Assembly (NCBI GenBank): GCA_964433325.1
Contig: CAYSPY010000005.1
Coordinates: 15,953 to 79,952 of the forward strand
DNA: 64,000 bases
Reading direction: 5' to 3'
Source: an uncultured Candidatus Peribacteria bacterium
GTDB lineage: Bacteria > Patescibacteriota > Gracilibacteria > Peribacterales > Peribacteraceae
Position 1 is the stretch's first letter, and every line of letters begins with the position of its first letter. The notes below the pieces were generated by a model. That model ran no database searches and was not told the origin of the DNA. It saw only the letters and a program-made list of their open reading frames with translations. Shown in pieces: positions 35,594 through 44,948 of the stretch. The translations under genes were made by a program, and so were the position numbers.

Positions 35594-35878
35594 ATGGCAC
35601 ACAAGAAAGCAGGAGGAACCACCACCAACGGCCGAGACTCAGAAGCGAAACGCCGTGGCGTAAAGCGCTTTGGTGGCCAAACGGTCGAATCCGGCGAGGT
35701 TTTGGTACGCCAGAAGGGTTACTGGTATCGCCCTGGCAACAACGTGCACGTAGGCAAGGATTGGACAATTCATGCATCTACTGCCGGCAAGGTTGCATTC
35801 AGCCGCAAGAAGTTCACGTCCTTCACCGGCTCCCGCAAGTGGGCAACGGTCATCCACATCGAGCCAACTGCTAAATAA
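35594..35878 (+). CDS. rpmA: 50S ribosomal protein L27
   Basis: [56 protein letters not shown]...G.V.F is a canonical L27. Confidence 0.95.
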   Translation: MAHKKAGGTTTNGRDSEAKRRGVKRFGGQTVESGEVLVRQKGYWYRPGNNVHVGKDWTIHASTAGKVAFSRKKFTSFTGSRKWATVIHIEPTAK

Positions 35879-35920
35879 ATTAGAAGTGAATTATGTGATT
35901 GTATCCTCTACTATTTCGTC

Positions 35921-36607
35921 ATGTCTGAATTAGGCGGATCTGAATCGTTCGCACCGGGGGAAGATGGTGGTGGTGTAAGTGAAGCAGCACGCGAACAAGC
36001 GGCACAAAGGTTTGCAGCCAGCCAACAAGCTGCGGCCCAACAGCAAAAAGATGAAAAGAAAGCGAAGAAACGCGATGACGGAGTTGCGCAGATGATTGTT
36101 CAGTTCCTTAGCGATTTACAACGAACACACTTAGCAACACTCATTGCCCGCTTAATCGCACGCGATTGTCCGTCGACGTTTGTCCTCGCAATCTTGTCGC
36201 TCATTAATGATGGATGCAAAGCTGCAGTGGAAGACTATTTGCGCGAAAAGCAGATCGACCCAGCGTCGACAGCGGTTGACCATGCACTTATCCCAACCGA
36301 TGGTGCTCTCACAGATATTGCGAACGAGCAGCTTGCTGCATGGATTGTACGCATGGACCTGACACTCCAGACCGATCAAGATAATGTTCTAAAGGCGCTG
36401 ATTGTTGATGACCAGAATATCGATGGCACAGTGCTTCAGCTGACCTCCTTTGTGTTACAGGAATTTTTGAAGACACATGGAAAAGAAGTTCCCTTTGAGC
36501 AATTGCAGCAGCTTGCTGCGGGTGTACTTCAAACTCTCTTTACGCCTCACATGCATGCACGCATGCAGAATAGACTGAGTGATGAAAAAGAAAATGATGA
36601 GGAATAG
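35921..36607 (+). CDS. Hypothetical protein (228 aa; Gln/Ala-rich N-terminus, helical body, acidic tail)
   Basis: Long ORF with coding-like composition. No family recognised. Confidence 0.6.
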   Translation: MSELGGSESFAPGEDGGGVSEAAREQAAQRFAASQQAAAQQQKDEKKAKKRDDGVAQMIVQFLSDLQRTHLATLIARLIARDCPSTFVLAILSLINDGCKAAVEDYLREKQIDPASTAVDHALIPTDGALTDIANEQLAAWIVRMDLTLQTDQDNVLKALIVDDQNIDGTVLQLTSFVLQEFLKTHGKEVPFEQLQQLAAGVLQTLFTPHMHARMQNRLSDEKENDEE

Positions 36608-36669
36608 AGCCTTCCCCTTACACCCCCATGGTGCGCGGAATCCATCTACGAAACGATAATGATGTGGTT

Positions 36670-36777
36670 CCGGGCGGGTTTCCCGCCGCCACGGCTGGTG
36701 GGGGCCTGCGGAGGAGCGGCTTGGCGGCGGTGGGTTTTTCTTTGTGACTTTCTTTTGTGCGGCAGACAAAAGAAAGT
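36670..36777 (+). repeat. Structured intergenic element, copy A
   Basis: CCGGGCGG, then stem CCGCCGCC (36683-36690) / GGCGGCGG (36723-36730) enclosing a 32-nt G-rich loop ACGGCTGGTGGGGGCCTGCGGAGGAGCGGCTT. A T-run follows, then a second hairpin ACTTTCTTTTGT-gcggcag-ACAAAAGAAAGT. Copy B is at 60315-60421. Confidence 0.75.
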
Positions 36778-36792
36778 TGATTGTCAGCTGAA

Positions 36793-38607
36793 TTACCTCT
36801 TTAACACACTCAAAAACGCTTCCTGGCTCAAATTCACTTTGCCCATCTGTTTCATACGCTTCTTCCCCTTCTTCTGCTTATCCAGCAGTTTATTCTTACG
36901 TGAGACGTCACCTCCGTACAAATACCCCGTCACATCTTTGCGCATAGCTCCAATTGTTTCACGTGCGACAACCTTGCCACCAATCGCTGCTTGAATCGAG
37001 ATTTCAAACATTGCACGGGGAATCGACTCTTTTAGTTTTTTACAGACAATTTCCCCGACCGCATGTGCTTCGCTGCGGTGCACAATAGTGGAAAGTGCTT
37101 CTGCAGGTTCACCAAGCAGCAGAATCTGTAACTTCACCAAATCCCCTGCTTTGTACCCCAGTGGTTCATAGCTCATCGAGCCATACCCTTCTGTTGACGA
37201 TTTCAGTTTATCGAAGAAGTCGAGCACGATTGCCTGGAGCGGCACATCAAACCGAAGCAGCGATGTGCCCGCATCCAGATATTCCAGCGTGTGATAAACC
37301 CCACGACGCTCCTGCACCATTGTCATGACGGTCCCTACATCTTCACTGCGACACACCACTTCCAACTGAACCCATGGTTCACGCACTTCGTCGATGTAGG
37401 TTGGGTCTGGGAAGTCCGCTGGGTTACTGATGCGAGCAACATTCGGCTCATCGTGTTTAAGCAGACTAGAGCGAACAATGCTCGCTGCCTGCTTAACAGT
37501 GAGTTTTACTTCGTACATTACGCTCGGCGCGGTAACGATCAGGTCACAGTTATACTCACGCTCCAATCGTTCTTGGATAATGTCTAAGTGTAGGAGGCCC
37601 AAGAATCCACAGCGAAACCCGTTTCCGAGTGCGGCGTTGCGTTCGGGCTCGATGCTGAGCGCTGCATCATTGAGCGAGAGTTTCTCGAGTGCATCACGCA
37701 GATCGGGGTACTGATCGGCTTCGCTTGGGTACAAACCCGCGAACACCATCGGCTGAACCTGCTTATAGCCAGGCAGTGGCGCTAAATCCGGCCGAGAACC
37801 AACGGTATCACCCACCCGCACCTGTCGGACATCCTTCAAACCCGTAACGATGTACCCAATCTGACCTTCTTCGAGTGCGTCATCGGGAATAAATTTCGGC
37901 GAGAAGAACCCAACCTCGAGGAGTGGGAATTGCGTTTGAGTTCCAAGGAAGTGCGCATTCATCCCCTTCTTCAACTTCCCTTCCATCACGCGCACGTATG
38001 CAACTACTCCACGATACGGATCGACTGCGGCATCAAAAATAAGGGCGCGCGTATTTCCTTCTACCTTTGGACGATTTGGCGCAGGAATGCGCTCGATGAC
38101 TGCCTGCAATACTTCGTCTACTCCCCTACCATCTTTCGCGGAAATCTTGAGGATATCCTCTTTTTTACACCCAAGAAGCTTTACAACTTCCTCGCTCACA
38201 CGTTCGGGGTCTGCCGCGGGGAGGTCAATTTTATTCAGAACCGGGATAATCGTTAAATCATGTTCCATTGCCATCATCAGCACTGCGAGGGTTTGCGCTT
38301 GAATGCCCTGTGACGCATCGATGAGCAATACCGCCCCTTCGCATGCTGCAAGTGATCGGCTTACTTCGTAGCGAAAGTCGGTGTGGCCAGGTGTATCAAT
38401 CAGGTTGAACTGCACGCCTTTGTATTCCATGCGTACCGGTGTCAGCTTGATGGTAATGCCGCGTTCGCGTTCCAACTCCATCATGTCGAGGGTCTGTTCT
38501 TTCATTTCGCGCTTTTGCAGCGTTCCAGTCATCTCAATCATACGATCGGACAAGGTCGACTTGCCATGATCGATATGCGCGATGATGCAAAAATTGCGAA
38601 TGTCCAT
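36793..38607 (-). CDS. lepA: Elongation factor 4 (LepA)
   Basis: MDIRNFCIIAHIDHGKSTLSDR.., DTPGHTDF, NKIDL, and the LepA-specific C-terminal domain (..GKKRMKQMGKVNLSQEAF..). Start trimmed to the ATG at 38607. Confidence 0.95.
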   Translation of the reverse strand: MDIRNFCIIAHIDHGKSTLSDRMIEMTGTLQKREMKEQTLDMMELERERGITIKLTPVRMEYKGVQFNLIDTPGHTDFRYEVSRSLAACEGAVLLIDASQGIQAQTLAVLMMAMEHDLTIIPVLNKIDLPAADPERVSEEVVKLLGCKKEDILKISAKDGRGVDEVLQAVIERIPAPNRPKVEGNTRALIFDAAVDPYRGVVAYVRVMEGKLKKGMNAHFLGTQTQFPLLEVGFFSPKFIPDDALEEGQIGYIVTGLKDVRQVRVGDTVGSRPDLAPLPGYKQVQPMVFAGLYPSEADQYPDLRDALEKLSLNDAALSIEPERNAALGNGFRCGFLGLLHLDIIQERLEREYNCDLIVTAPSVMYEVKLTVKQAASIVRSSLLKHDEPNVARISNPADFPDPTYIDEVREPWVQLEVVCRSEDVGTVMTMVQERRGVYHTLEYLDAGTSLLRFDVPLQAIVLDFFDKLKSSTEGYGSMSYEPLGYKAGDLVKLQILLLGEPAEALSTIVHRSEAHAVGEIVCKKLKESIPRAMFEISIQAAIGGKVVARETIGAMRKDVTGYLYGGDVSRKNKLLDKQKKGKKRMKQMGKVNLSQEAFLSVLKR

Positions 38608-38681
38608 GCCGGAGCATCCTAGTGAAAAACAGCTGATAATGCCAGAACCAGCCTCCTTTTTGTACTTTTGAGAACATCCAC

Positions 38682-41579
38682 CTATTTTCGACTGCCTTTC
38701 ATCGTTTCGACTGACGGAGCAATAGTTACAGCAGCTTTGGGGTGCATACGACTCCACTCCAAAAAATTCATCTGGGACGTCCCCCCGACATCCGCAACAG
38801 CCTGAATTTCGTGTTTAAGCCCAGCAATTTCTCGTGCGGTCTGGTATCGATGTACACGAACAATCCACTGTGAAGGATCTGGCCCTTTACATTCAATACA
38901 GGTCATCGTGAGAATATTCAGACGGTAATGTGACCGCTTGTCCCACGCAGGCAGCACCTCTTGCAACAGCACAATATCTGCATGACCCGCAGCTTGTTCT
39001 TGTTGCAGCGGAGCCTGGAAAGCTTTCTGTAGCAGAATATATGGCCATTCATCGGGCATCTTATGGTCGCGGAAATCGCGAACCGCTTCGGGGTCTATCT
39101 GGAGCGACGCATATAGATGCTGACGAGGGACGGGGAACATTTGGGCCTCTACAGGTAAGACCTTTTTATAAGGTGAGACCGTTTCAGATTCCTGTCGCAC
39201 TGCATCGGTAAATCGGTCGCGGATCTTCATCATTTCCTCTCTAGTTACTTCCTGCCCCGTCGCAATGCGCTGACGAAGTTCAGCAAACAACAAGTTAATG
39301 TCATGATCCGGCGGCAGAGCTAATGCAGCAGCTTCTGCTGCCGCCATCAAGGAACGCTTATAAAAATGTGAGCGCATGTCGACAATCTTCCCATCTGGTG
39401 TAAAAAGAGAGGAGAACAGCACATTTTTCACATCGTGTGTGATTTTTTCATGCTTCACTAAGCTTGTCATATTACGTGCGAGCACGGCGCGTTCAGCCTT
39501 GCCTTCTGTCCTTGCCTGCAAAATATCGTCACGTTCGGCTAAGCGTGTAATTTCGGCTGCAATTCCCTTCTGTGCTTTTGATGTGAGTGTCGAATGATCT
39601 TTTTCCCCAATCCATTCCTTCTTGTTATAAATACCCAGATGACGAAATACAGCGGTATCTCGTGCAATTTTATCAGTCATTGTGCGGTACGTTTTCCACG
39701 CAGCGACCAATTGAACATCTTCAGGATTTTTGGATGAACTAAAGGAATCAATATATGCCTTAGCCTTTCCCTGGGACGTGGAACGATCATCTTCCATCCG
39801 TTTCAGCGCGCTATCGGGTGACTCATCGATATCGTCAGCGGTTGCCCAATGGAGTAAATCGAGAGACTTCGCATCAACTAAGACGTCACGAGCCTCCAAC
39901 ATCGCCCCGATTTCTCTTTCCAACTGAGCCGCAAACTGAACATTCGCCGCATACATAAATGCCTGACGATCGGACCATGCACCTGTATCCGCCTTTTCCA
40001 ACTGAAACAACTTGCGTGCAAGTGGATTCCATTCGACCGCAATCGCGTGATCCACCTGCGCATTCCAATCGCTCATGCCATTCATTTTTTCGCGTGCCAA
40101 TGATGGCCGCGATCCCTTTCTGGATCGGAGGGTAAGTAATTGCTGCGATAAATACGAGAACGCGTCACGCTCTGGGTGTACCTGCATGCCGGGAATTCCT
40201 ACTTCACCAAGAAGGAATTTAGAACTATCCAGAATACTTCCACCCGATGTGACATCGAGAATATCATTCGCTGCACCTTTTACCGGACCGTCAGGAATAG
40301 ATTCGTCGATATTGGTCACAAGACGATCAATGAGATGTGATAGTCCGAATGCAATCAGCAATGCTGCCGTAAATTGAATAACCGGATTTTTGGGCAGACG
40401 TGCCAAACTTGCTAAACGTGTGCGTGAAAGAATGTTTGCAGACATCTCAAGCATGGCGCCGCTCGCAGCACTTGTTGCCATGTACGATGCAAACATCATG
40501 CTCGCTTTCAGTTTATTATCACTCTGGTGGACGTACATCATGTAGAGCATCACGGTGACCGGGCTTTCCACTGCGAACATATTCTTCCAAAATTCCCTAC
40601 CGACTGGTGATTTGTCCACACTCCGTAAAACCGCAGACAACGCAGGGGCTTTGGATCCAATCATCTTGCTTGCACCCTCATACCCCGCGAGCATTTTTGC
40701 ACGAAGTGAAGAATCCAATGAGCGCATCCATTCGGGTGCACGGACAACAGACTTGCCGAATTTAAGAGTTTCCCCACCTTCTTCCGCCACTTCCTGAGCT
40801 ACAATACCCAAATAGAGCAGAGCTTTTGACGGTTCTTTTTCGGGCTTTTTACGTACCGCCCCTTCGTACACGCGGCGCTGCATTAAAAAGGACCCAATAG
40901 TTCTGAGGGCATTTGCACGATCTTCTGCAGTTAGTCCCTTTTCCCAGCCGACAGTAGGGTACAGCTCTGCATCACGCATATTGAGCAGCGATAGATTGAA
41001 AACGCTATCGATCAACTGATATTGGCGCATCTGGAGGGATCGATACTTCATTTGCAAGTCAGGTGCATCACCCGGCGCTTCTGGCAACGGAGCAGCCAGT
41101 GCTTCTACAACCGACGCAAACCCTTCCTGCGACCCGGAAATGCCCAATTCTTTTTCGAGCACGGGTAAAAATTTTGCAGCTTCAGGATCTTTCATCAGCG
41201 TTGAAAGTGTTGTTCTAGCAGTCTCCGTACAATCACGTTCATACACATCAAGCTCTGTAATCAGAGTCTCTGCAACCGAATCAATGAGGGACATCTCCTC
41301 TGCAGAAAATGTTAGCATGAACTTCTCAGTTCGATCAGTAAACAATGTGACATTTTGCTGTAGCACTCTCTGGCGTTCCTGTAATGCCTCATCTGCTCCT
41401 TCGGGAAGCATAAAAAGAGGATGCTGTTCGTACACAAGAACAGAATGAAGACGATCAATTTTCCCAGTTAATGCCGCTTCCTTTTGCTCTTTTAGTGTAG
41501 TGAGCGCTTTGCGCTCGCTCTCGAACTCTCCGAAAGTCCGGGTGCGGGGTGCGCCGGCGTTTGGTTTTTCGGATGCCAT
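38682..41579 (-). CDS. Large ORFan protein (965 aa), mostly helical, with a hydrophobic cluster around residues 335-416
   Basis: Uninterrupted 2.9-kb ORF, 12 nt after the upstream ORF. Hydrophobic segments are VTVMLYMMYV, MMFASYMATSAASGAMLEM and VIQFTAALLIAFGLSHLI. No catalytic or NTP-binding motif recognised. Confidence 0.8.
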   Translation of the reverse strand: MASEKPNAGAPRTRTFGEFESERKALTTLKEQKEAALTGKIDRLHSVLVYEQHPLFMLPEGADEALQERQRVLQQNVTLFTDRTEKFMLTFSAEEMSLIDSVAETLITELDVYERDCTETARTTLSTLMKDPEAAKFLPVLEKELGISGSQEGFASVVEALAAPLPEAPGDAPDLQMKYRSLQMRQYQLIDSVFNLSLLNMRDAELYPTVGWEKGLTAEDRANALRTIGSFLMQRRVYEGAVRKKPEKEPSKALLYLGIVAQEVAEEGGETLKFGKSVVRAPEWMRSLDSSLRAKMLAGYEGASKMIGSKAPALSAVLRSVDKSPVGREFWKNMFAVESPVTVMLYMMYVHQSDNKLKASMMFASYMATSAASGAMLEMSANILSRTRLASLARLPKNPVIQFTAALLIAFGLSHLIDRLVTNIDESIPDGPVKGAANDILDVTSGGSILDSSKFLLGEVGIPGMQVHPERDAFSYLSQQLLTLRSRKGSRPSLAREKMNGMSDWNAQVDHAIAVEWNPLARKLFQLEKADTGAWSDRQAFMYAANVQFAAQLEREIGAMLEARDVLVDAKSLDLLHWATADDIDESPDSALKRMEDDRSTSQGKAKAYIDSFSSSKNPEDVQLVAAWKTYRTMTDKIARDTAVFRHLGIYNKKEWIGEKDHSTLTSKAQKGIAAEITRLAERDDILQARTEGKAERAVLARNMTSLVKHEKITHDVKNVLFSSLFTPDGKIVDMRSHFYKRSLMAAAEAAALALPPDHDINLLFAELRQRIATGQEVTREEMMKIRDRFTDAVRQESETVSPYKKVLPVEAQMFPVPRQHLYASLQIDPEAVRDFRDHKMPDEWPYILLQKAFQAPLQQEQAAGHADIVLLQEVLPAWDKRSHYRLNILTMTCIECKGPDPSQWIVRVHRYQTAREIAGLKHEIQAVADVGGTSQMNFLEWSRMHPKAAVTIAPSVETMKGSRK

Positions 41580-41591
41580 AGAGTTGTATCG

Positions 41592-43862
41592 TTATTTTTT
41601 ACCTTTCACACTGGAGTTTGGGTCAGATCCTGGTGTTTTGTTAGGATCACCAGTTGTTGGGTCTACATTTGCATCAACTCCTGCTTGGGCACCAGCACCA
41701 ACAGTAGCATTAGGGCTCGCATCTCCTACTGTTTTGGCAGCACGGCGCTGCAACGCTTCAACGTGACTGACGGCCTTCGCGATATCGGCATCGTTATACC
41801 CGGCACCCTTCAAAGCTTTACGAAGGGCATCCGAGTCTTCCGTCGCCGGGCCAAGAATTCGGGCAACGTCACGAATATCGCTATATCTGGTCTTAAGAGC
41901 CTTTGCCATGTTCGATAATTCACGAGCAGGAACCGACTGAACAATCGCTTTTGCATTACGAACCATACGACCACCTTCAAGTGGCCAATGGAAACGACGA
42001 CCGAGACGATCATATTCACCCAAAATTTTTGTTACCTCTTGCTGAGCGGCCATAATTTTCTCGTCCGTAACTCCCATCGGCAAATTAAACTTTGTACGAA
42101 TCTCCGAAATTCCCATTTTGCTAAACTTCTCCAATGCTGTGACGTTCATGGTTGTATACCCGCGAATCGCGAGTGACGTCCCTGTTACTGCAACGCCGGC
42201 TACTCCGCTGATCGCAAGAATCGACATTGGAATTCCGAGTTCGGGGAAGTTCGTGACAAACGATACCCAACGATTCCACCAATGACCCAAGGCATCGACA
42301 CCGGATTCTGCCAAGTATTCACGCACGTTCATGAGCTCACGCTGGAACTCTTCGTTGTACCCGAGTTCTTTCAGTTCCTTTTCGACTGTTTCCGTATCAC
42401 TAGTAGCTAGGTTCACGAGCCTGCGCATAACGCGCAGCTGTAACTCAATTGCCAATTTAGATTCACCGTATTTATCCAGAAGTGCCACGGCTTTGTACGC
42501 AAGTAGCAAATCCCCACCTCTCGTTTCCATCAGGTAATACATATCAAATGCATCACGTGCACTCATTTTCTTGCTGACAATTAACTCATTCAACTTCGCT
42601 GTGATGAGCTTATTCGTTGCATCCTCGGGTTCCATGCTCATAAATGTGACACGCGACAAACGGTCGACCGTCTCCTGCTTAGACACACCGTCACATACAC
42701 CCATAATCATGCGCTTTTGTGATTCGTTAAAGTTTTGGATAAAGGCAGGAAGGCGCTCGATACTCATCTTATCTGCCTCAAAACCGCGGAAAAACTTAAT
42801 CACTTCCGCTGCATCTTTCCGAAAGACTCCACGCTCTTCTTCGGTTCCGCCACTCAATTTTTCCAAAGGAGCAAGCATCACCTCAGCCATTCGGTCTGGC
42901 AGCATGTCTTTGTCCAAAAAGAGATTCTTGGCAAAGCTACGCATGTCGGGCAAGTTTCCGTTGAGCAGCCCTTTGGCATTCACTGCAACTTCCTCCACGA
43001 GTGTTCCCAGGACAGAACCTTGCGCACAGCAATCGAGTGCTTCGGCAATGGTCATGTTAGAGATCTTCTTATCTTTCGCATTCAAATCTGCATATTGCTG
43101 AATCGTATCTTGGTACTTAGCCATATAGCCGGCAAGAAACCGAACAGAATCGATTGTTTCTTGGGGCCAAGGTGCGCCATCGGGCATTGCAAACCCTGCG
43201 GCTTCCAGTAAACGGGTACATGGCTCGGCATTCGCACCTGCATTAACGCATGGAAGCAAATAATCCATACTTAAACGTAAACGAACTGCTGCCATCACAA
43301 TTTCAGTTGTCTGAGGAGCAAGCTCACGCGGAGAATCCTTCAAACCTGTAGCTTTCTGAACGTCATATTGTAGTGGGAGCATTTTCTCGGTGACACGGAC
43401 CGATTGCTCTTCGATCTCACGCGTTTTCACGTATTTAGCCAAATATTCAGGGAGGGGAGAACCTGAAGGCTTTCTCCCTTTATGCATATGTTCATAAATA
43501 TCACGCTCATCAACGTACTTTGCAACTGTCCGTAGAACAGTTGCCTGCTGTACTGGGGAAAGGGCCATTTTTTTATCCACAAAGGCTAGCGGCGCAAGGA
43601 GCCCCTTCGCTGTTTGCATCCGCATCTCAGAAAGAGCCATATACCTGCGGGTCAATTCAAATTGAAGGACATCACCTTTGGAAACAGATGCTTGAGGAAG
43701 TGAAAGATCTGCTCGTACCAAATCCATCATCTGTCGCCAGCTCTCTTTATCTGGGACATCCAGTGCATCGGCAACGTCCGAAGAGCGCTGCACGAATGCC
43801 GGGAGAACTTCCGGTTGCTTTGGCCGTTCGACACTGGATTTTGGTTTTTCTGGAGGAGCCAT
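41592..43862 (-). CDS. Large ORFan protein (756 aa), helical, with a bilobed hydrophobic segment around residues 528-566
   Basis: Uninterrupted 2.3-kb ORF. WWNRWVSFVTNFPELGIPMSILAISGVAGVAVTGTSLAI is flanked by long charged helical regions. The tail is Gly/Ala/Asp/Pro-rich and basic. Confidence 0.8.
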   Translation of the reverse strand: MAPPEKPKSSVERPKQPEVLPAFVQRSSDVADALDVPDKESWRQMMDLVRADLSLPQASVSKGDVLQFELTRRYMALSEMRMQTAKGLLAPLAFVDKKMALSPVQQATVLRTVAKYVDERDIYEHMHKGRKPSGSPLPEYLAKYVKTREIEEQSVRVTEKMLPLQYDVQKATGLKDSPRELAPQTTEIVMAAVRLRLSMDYLLPCVNAGANAEPCTRLLEAAGFAMPDGAPWPQETIDSVRFLAGYMAKYQDTIQQYADLNAKDKKISNMTIAEALDCCAQGSVLGTLVEEVAVNAKGLLNGNLPDMRSFAKNLFLDKDMLPDRMAEVMLAPLEKLSGGTEEERGVFRKDAAEVIKFFRGFEADKMSIERLPAFIQNFNESQKRMIMGVCDGVSKQETVDRLSRVTFMSMEPEDATNKLITAKLNELIVSKKMSARDAFDMYYLMETRGGDLLLAYKAVALLDKYGESKLAIELQLRVMRRLVNLATSDTETVEKELKELGYNEEFQRELMNVREYLAESGVDALGHWWNRWVSFVTNFPELGIPMSILAISGVAGVAVTGTSLAIRGYTTMNVTALEKFSKMGISEIRTKFNLPMGVTDEKIMAAQQEVTKILGEYDRLGRRFHWPLEGGRMVRNAKAIVQSVPARELSNMAKALKTRYSDIRDVARILGPATEDSDALRKALKGAGYNDADIAKAVSHVEALQRRAAKTVGDASPNATVGAGAQAGVDANVDPTTGDPNKTPGSDPNSSVKGKK

Positions 43863-43873
43863 AAGATGAAAGG

Positions 43874-44524
43874 TTATCCGCCCATTTCGAGCCCCTTAAG
43901 AATCATATCAGCCTCCTGCAGACTTGGGATCTCGGTAGGAACCGGCGCTGCGGGGGGTGGGGCAGGCATTTCTGGAATATTCATTCCTTCAAGTGCATTT
44001 CCAATCCCCTCTTTGGCTGTTTCTGCGGCTCCTGTCGCCATATCTGCAGCCTGTCCGGCCACCTCGCCTGCGGCCTCTGTTGCCTTGGATACCGCATTGC
44101 CAGTCATGTAGGACGTAAGCCAATCACGAAGCCTACCAACAACAACTGTCCCCGCACCCGTGTAATACATGGCGGCAACACCCGCGAGTGTTAGTACGAC
44201 ACCAGTCGCAATGTACGGATGTGCTTCAATAGCCCCCCATACACGTCGTGGGACATACGTAACGTAATCCCACAGAGTCCACCTCTTTTTCGCTTCTGCC
44301 TCTTGGCGATATAGAGCCAAATCCTCAATAAGATTATCAACGTCGCCATTAAGAGTCGGGTCATACTCTTTCAAGCTACGAACCAGCTTCTCCTTTTCAT
44401 CGGTCACCTGCACTAGTTCGTCTAACCGTTCCAGTTGGTATCCTCGCTCATTCAAACGGTCGAGGTATCCCTGCATCTTATCTGGTGCGCGTACGAATGG
44501 CCGCTCAAATACGGATTTGATCAT
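43874..44524 (-). CDS. ORFan protein (216 aa) with central hydrophobic hairpin
   Basis: Coiled-coil-like N-terminus, YIATGVVLTLAGVAAMYYTGAGTVVVG, then an Ala/Gly/Glu-rich and Pro-rich tail. It starts 2 nt after the upstream stop. Confidence 0.7.
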   Translation of the reverse strand: MIKSVFERPFVRAPDKMQGYLDRLNERGYQLERLDELVQVTDEKEKLVRSLKEYDPTLNGDVDNLIEDLALYRQEAEAKKRWTLWDYVTYVPRRVWGAIEAHPYIATGVVLTLAGVAAMYYTGAGTVVVGRLRDWLTSYMTGNAVSKATEAAGEVAGQAADMATGAAETAKEGIGNALEGMNIPEMPAPPPAAPVPTEIPSLQEADMILKGLEMGG

Positions 44525-44526
44525 AC

Positions 44527-44934
44527 TTATACGTGGGTAGCAGAAAGATTGATGGTCAGGAGCTCATGACGAATAACCGTGAGCGTTGCGAGCGCTTCAA
44601 TATCTTCGTCTTTGGAAATCTCACTAAGAAGTGTGGCAATGAATGCAGCAACTCCTCGTGCACCTATCGTGAAATACAATTCCTTCTGCACATCTGGTCC
44701 AATGTGTTCAAAAGAAATTTTATCGGGAGATTCTCCTGCCGAAATTTGATCGAGAATCGTTTTTACACCCGGGTGGAACTTAAAATCCGCGAGCGAGATA
44801 CGCATGCGTATCTGCCGCAAGGATTCATAACAGTCGAGTGTTTCACTTTGAACAGTCCACCCCTCACGGAGAGACTCCGGAACCGCTTGAAACAAAGATT
44901 GTTCGTCCGCGGTTAGAAAAATAGTGTTATTCAT
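44527..44934 (-). CDS. Small acidic ORFan protein (135 aa), first of four ORFan genes
   Basis: Soluble-looking and acidic. It starts 14 nt after the pyruvyl-transferase gene. No family recognised. Confidence 0.65.
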   Translation of the reverse strand: MNNTIFLTADEQSLFQAVPESLREGWTVQSETLDCYESLRQIRMRISLADFKFHPGVKTILDQISAGESPDKISFEHIGPDVQKELYFTIGARGVAAFIATLLSEISKDEDIEALATLTVIRHELLTINLSATHV

Positions 44935-44948
44935 TGCTTCCCATCATA

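Noticed and set aside
36659-36994. ORFs 36659-36994 and 60085-60507 share the peptide PRLVGA-GGAAWRR, suggesting a small conserved protein
   Set aside because: The similarity is confined to the GC-rich hairpin of the repeated element, and the flanking translated sequence is unrelated. The differences between copies are compensatory at the base-pair level rather than synonymous. It is interpreted as a structured nucleic-acid element.
40766-40795. P-loop NTPase motif in the 965-aa ORFan (GGETLKFGKS)
   Set aside because: The spacing is G-x5-GKS rather than G-x4-GK[ST], and no Walker B or other NTPase motifs follow. It is probably fortuitous.
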